DNA of 64,000 nt from Eledone cirrhosa (Eukaryota). Below are positions 58,363 through 64,000 of the stretch, piece after piece. Below the pieces are notes generated by a model. The model ran no database searches, was not told the DNA's origin, and worked only from the letters and a program-made list of their open reading frames with translations. Position 1 is the first letter of the stretch. Every line of letters starts with the position of its first letter. The stretch spans positions 243,288,001 to 243,352,000 of the forward strand of contig OZ024742.1 of NCBI GenBank assembly GCA_964016885.1. The letters are read 5' to 3'. Position numbers and translations under genes: made by a program.

Positions 58363-61300
58363 TTTATTACTATTATTATTAAGGCTAGCTAACTTGAGGA
58401 GAAGGGTGCTCTCCCTGGGTGCCCTAGAAGCGCAGGGTGGTTCAGGATTGGTGGGGTACCTGAGTCACCCCAGGGTCGTCCACCCCCTATCGGGGAATTT
58501 ATTTTGTTATATTTATGCATAGTTTATTTTATATTTTTATATCTTCATTGTTAACTTAGTCTTGCCATTGTGCACTTTTACTCGACTTTATTGTAAACCC
58601 CACTGTCCCTGTCTTTGTATTGTCCCCTACATGTCGGCCTTTGTGGTTAATAAATGAAATCATTATTATTATTATTATTATGTGTAACTCCAACGGCTGC
58701 GTGTGTTTTTATTGGCAACATGACCCTCCCAAAGTACAACAATATATGTTTCAACACGCGTTTTCTGATAAGAAATTTCGCAAAACAAATTCAAAAACGA
58801 ATTTTATTTACATTATTCTCAAACTTCGGAGCTGGAAATCATTCGGTTATTCTAAATAGAATATTAGTCTAATAATTTATTTTATAGCATAAATGTGTTT
58901 TTGTCTTTGCAAGAAATTGTTCTTCTCGCTGCTCCACATAATGACGTAATAAAAAAGGAAAAGAAACAAAAGAAAAAAAAGAAATAAGGAAATATAGAGA
59001 AAAAAGAGAAAAGGAAAGGAAAAAAGAACGGGAAGGGGGGGATGGCAATAACTCTAGTGTCACAGAAGAAAGGGGAGGGGTGAATGGGGAGGGGGTTGGG
59101 CTTTGGTCCTAGGGCAAGGGAGCAGAAGTGCTGCCCCCGCGGACAAGACCGCAAAAGCATTCCCGCGGACAATGACCAGTGACACCCTCTGCAACAGCTA
59201 CCCTACTTCGTGGGGCTCCCCCACAGACGGGCCGCTGACGTTTATTATTAAATAAAGAAATAGTTATTAGATATGATACACAAAGTTATTGCCTATAAGT
59301 TACACAAAATGCTATTAGCTATAAGTTGAGTTAATCGCTTAGCCAGAGTTTTAAAAATAACAAGAGTAGCTTTATGCATTATAAGCCCCATTCATAGACA
59401 ACAGAAAGAAACTGGCGAGACACGAACAACGTATCTATCATTGAATGCCTGCTTCTTTTTCCTGTCTCAGATTGGTAAAGTCTTAACAATTAATTCCTAA
59501 GAATGACTTTTTTGTTTGGATGCATTTCGAAATCGCTTTTTTTTTCCTTTCTTTATAAATTTATATGTATAAAAACGTGGAATATGTCGCTTTATAGATG
59601 TGTATGAGTGCAATTATACTTTTAAACATTCAGGATTTGGACATTTTCCAAATTCTATCATAAAACATTTAATCTGAAGTGTTTGGTTTGCAGTCAGAAA
59701 CCCAATGAATTAAATTCATTCAGATGTTTTCATCGTAATTTCATGATTCTAATGTTTGTGCAGCTGCTTGTAAACATAAAATAGAATAGTTGCATAGGCT
59801 GTCCTGCACATTGGCTTTTTTCTTAAGGATTTGTGCGTACAGTTGTGTTTGTATATGTGTACCAGCTATATGCCCCGTACGCACGTATACGTGTTCACAG
59901 AAGACAGAGGCAAAATACGACTTTACAGTTTGAAATTTCTTTTTTGTTTTTTTGCCATCAAAGCAGGAACAGATGTAAATTTATTTGCACAGGACCACTG
60001 CCTGGTCACATATCATTATAAAAATAAATAACAACAACCCCCAAAACAAACAAACAAACCACCCTTGTAGACACTAGGCCAGCAATTTGAAGCGAAGAGG
60101 AAAGTTGAATAAATTTATCCCAGTGCTTTACTGGTGCTTTATTTTATCGACCCCGTAAGGATAAAAGGCAAAGCTAACCTCTAAGCATAGCATCCACTGA
60201 TGATAGCAACATATATGTCCCTTAAAATCAAATCTAACAGATTTAAGCAGAAAATAAGAATTAGAGTTGAACAAACAATCCTAATGTTTGTAAACTCAGG
60301 TATTCGCACTTAAACACACTCAAGTGACGACAGTCAAAGTTTTAACACCAGAGGGAGCCAGAAAAAATTGCTGGCAAGAATTGTTACTTTTTGAACAGTG
60401 TTTAACGTTTTGAGCTCTGGCGTGACTTGTATATTTTTTGTTCATATATTTATGAACCTAATGTTCTTCTTATTATTATGGATTGGCAGTATCGGTAGAG
60501 CGTCAGACGCCATGCTTTGCAGATAGAGTTATGGCTCTTTATGTTCTGAGTTCAAATCCCGCCGAGGTTAACTTTGCCTTTCATCCTTACGGGGTCGATA
60601 AAATAAAGTACCAGTAAGGTAGTGGGGTCGATTTAATCAACTCCCCCCCCCCCCAATTTACTGGCCTTGTGCCTATAGTAGAAATCATTATTATTATGGA
60701 TTGGCAGTATCAGTAGAGTGTCAGACACCATGCTTTGAAGCATAGACTTATGGCCCTTTATGATCTGAGTTCAAATCCGTCGAGATTAACTTTGCCCTTC
60801 GTCCTTATGGGGTCGATAAAGTAAAGCACCAGTAATGCACTGGGTAATTGCTGGCCTTGTGCCGAAAAGTAAAAACAATTATTATTGGCACTAGGGCGGT
60901 GGATTGGCAGAATCGGTGGAGCGCCGGAAAACATGCTTTTCGGCATAGAGTTACGGCCCTTTATGGTCTGAGTTCAAATCGCACCGAGGTTAGCTTTGTC
61001 GTTAATCCTTACGGGGTCTATAAAATAAAGCACCAGTAAAGCACTGGGATCGATTTAATCGACTTACCTCTTCCCTTCAAATTGCTGACCTTGTGTCTAC
61101 AATCATTATTATTGGTAATATTTTCACTTTCATGCAACATATCCTGTATATTGATCATTTCTAGAATCTTACACATTGACAGCTACCCCACCTCCTTCCG
61201 TGCGATGTTTTAGTCAGAAGGAATCGAAATGTCTATGACAGTACAGACATGTTCCTTCCAGCCTTTCATTTGGCAGTAGTGCGGTGAATTGGCAGTATCG

Positions 61301-62062
61301 GTAGAGGGTCGGACGCCATGCTTTCCAGCATAGTTACGTCCTTTCATTCTTACGGGGTCGATAAAATAAAGTACCAGTAATGTACTGGTTATTTGCTGGC
61401 CTTGTGCCAAAAAGTAGAAACAATTATATATATTATATATGGACGGTTTACTTTGATCCACCCTTTAGTCTAAACAAACATACCTCAGATGATTTTGACC
61501 AGTTCATTGTCATGTACCGTGATGAAAGGCAAAGTTAATCACGCCGAGGTTAACTTTGCCTTTCATCCTTACGGGGTCGATAAAATAAATCACCAGTAAT
61601 ATACTGGTATAATTGCTGGTCTTGTGCCAAAAATAAAAACAATTATATATATTATATATGGATGGTTTACTTTGATCTACTCTTTAGTCTAAACAAACAT
61701 ACCTCAGAGGATTTTGACCAGTTCATTGTCATGTATCGTGTTTGCTACATGTTTACATCATTTTATACCTGCTTTCACGTCGAAGTGTTGACATATTGTC
61801 CAGTAGACATAGCTGCAACTTCGACACTATCTGTGAATGTCGTCACAGCAAAGACTAGACAATTGGAAATGAAATGGTCAACCGTTTCATTGTACTGCTT
61901 GCATTGTCTACACTTAGTGTTAGCATCTTTTATTTATTTTTTTATTTTTTTGTTGGGTAGTTTGTTTGTTTGGGAGGGAGGGGGGGTTGATTTTTACAAT
62001 AATATGTGACCTGTACGACTAAATTTACATCTGTTCCTGCTTTTAGGGCAAAGCTTTTAAGC

Positions 62063-62219
62063 CAGACACGGGCAACCTTTTTTTAGCAGTGGGCCGCAAT
62101 AGGATGTGGCTTATCATATGGCGGGCCGCACTACTAAAAAATGCAAGGCAATTTGGGAATTGGGCGGGCCATTCAGAAAGCCTGCACGCGGCTCGCGGGC
62201 CGCAGTTTGCATATGACTG
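62063..62219. mobile_element. hAT (Charlie-like) MITE
   Basis: CAG...CTG termini, GCGGGCCGCA subterminal repeats, 8-bp TSD TTTTAAGC (62055-62062, 62220-62227). Confidence 0.85.
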
Positions 62220-62663
62220 TTTTAAGCCATTATTAGCTTTCAATCTAGTTTGTCTTTTCTCGGACAAGTCTTGCAAGATATTGACTTTGAGGTGCTTTTC
62301 CTTTCAATTTTTCTTCAGTGTATTTTACTATTCCATTTTGGCCTTATCTTTTGTTTGTATTGTTTTTATGTTGTTTTATTTACCGTTTCTATTATTTTGT
62401 CCTCATTTAAATATTCTTCTTCTACGTAGTTAGTTTGCAAGTAATTTTCTTAAAGTATTTTTCTGGCCTCAGTGTTGTTCGTTCCATAATTTGTTCTTAC
62501 TGTGTCAAACCACCTTCTACTTGTCTGTGGAATGGGTATATTTTGTATATCTCAGCTTTGAAACGGTATTTGTATGTGTGTATGTATGTTTATGGAAGTA
62601 AATATATATTAATATATATATATATATATATGTAGAAGTGCAAGATAATTATCTTGCACTTCT

Positions 62664-62694
<31 letters not shown>

Positions 62695-62698
<4 letters not shown>

Positions 62699-63131
62699 AA
62701 CGTTAGAATATGTGTAATAAGGCCAAGACAATGCAGATATGGACATAGAAAAAAGAATGCAATAGTGAAAGATATTGATGAGAATTCGTCTTTCACCTTG
62801 AATTTATTTAAATGTCCTTAATTTTCGAGATAATATCTCTTCTTCGGAGGGAAGTAAAAGTCTCAGACCAGCGTCTAAATTTCCAATTGGAAATTTCATT
62901 GGAAATTTAGACGCTGGTCTGAGACTTTTACTTCCCTCCGAAGAAGAGATATTATCTCGAAAATTAAGGACATTTAAATAAATTCAAGGTGAAAGACGAA
63001 TTCTCATCAATATCTTTCACTATTGCATTCTTTTTTCTATGTCCATATCTGCATTGTCTTGGCCTTATTACACATATTCTAACGTTTATACCTCATTACA
63101 CAATGCTTCAAGTGAACTATAACCTCCTCCA
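62695..63131 (+). mobile_element. Long perfect fold-back element with tail, PLE-like
   Basis: 193-bp arms 62695-62887/62898-63090. Hammerhead-like CCGAAGA-A-GAGAT-ATT-ATCTC-GAAA-ATTA at 62938-62966, then AATAAA. Confidence 0.7.
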
Positions 63132-63408
63132 TATATATATATATTTATGTACTAAGTTCAAATCCCACCAAGGTTAGCTTTGCCTTTCATCCTTACGGGG
63201 TCGATAAAATAAAGTACCAGTAACGCACTGGGATCAATTTAAAAGGCTTTCCTTCTTGTCCCAAAAGTAGAAACAATTATTGATAAAAACCAAATAAGGG
63301 AAATAACTATTAATAAGGTTTCCATTTGTAAGAGATTCTATGAAGGATGATTGTGCTATAACTCAATGTCTTCTAGTTTCATGTTTTGTTTTTGTATTGT
63401 GATTTGTT

Positions 63409-63785
63409 GTGACTAATCCAGGCTCTGCTGTACTTCGGGCCGAGGAGAGTAAACTCTCCAAATATCGGTTACTCTCCGTCAAGTTTGCAGTCGAGCTCAT
63501 ACCAGTGGAAACTTCTGGTGTCCTTAGCCCTAGGGCCTACTTACCACCATCGGCATGGAGTTGGCTACCCGCAGAAGTGAGGATCGCGAGCTGGAATGGC
63601 TCTTCCAGCGCGTTCTTCTCACCATCATCCGGGAAAACGCCTTCTCTTTTCTGTCCGCCAGAGCTGCAGAGCAGCCAGTGCCTGGAACCCATATTTGCTC
63701 ATAATAGTGAGAGATGGGGAGAGTGGGAGAGACGGAGGCAGTGACAGTAGGAATTTGGTTCTTTTGTGTTCGGACCTGAGATGTA
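63409..63785 (+). mobile_element. CRE-like non-LTR retrotransposon 3' fragment
   Basis: PGSAVLRAEESKLSKY...IPVETSGVL, then a frameshift to LTTIGMELATRRSEDRELEWLFQRVLLTIIRENAFSFL. Confidence 0.8.
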
Positions 63786-64000
63786 TACGTGTGTATATAT
63801 TTCACAGACATACACTCACAGGAAATATTAGTTAGTAAGTTGTTGTATTAGATTCTTGCGTTAAATGGGAGGTCAGACGATGAGAAAATATTTTAAAACA
63901 ATAATCCGGAAAAACAATAATCCGTGTCTCCTTAAGAAGCCACAACTTGGCATTCATTACTACCAGACAATTTTGTATTTATACACAATCATATTATTTC

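Overview
AT-rich, microsatellite-saturated animal DNA. The repeat families resemble those I associate with octopod cephalopods; this is an inference, not a verified assignment. Nearly all ORFs in the supplied track are simple-repeat translations. The only convincing host coding sequence is one internal exon (57587-57768, +) of a fatty-acid-binding-protein (FABP/iLBP) family gene, whose other exons I could not find. The rest is mobile DNA: more than 25 pieces of a tRNA-derived SINE, six RTE-derived bipartite SINEs (two with an intact C2H2 zinc-finger mini-ORF), R4/Dong-like and CRE-like LINE 3' fragments, three non-autonomous Helitrons and several MITEs with target-site duplications (TSDs). The most interesting signal is a set of short, often fold-back elements inside (TA)n tracts, belonging to several mutually unalignable families. 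Many carry minimal type-I hammerhead ribozyme motifs with palindromic helix-III loops, and several are followed by AATAAA. They share a palindromic GAGYRCTC octamer about 30-45 nt from the (TA)n junction. Two copies carry at their hairpin tip a 27-46 bp segment copied from DNA 0.8-2 kb away. This looks like a non-autonomous Penelope-like/retrozyme system that targets TA microsatellites. All alignments and folds were done by eye.
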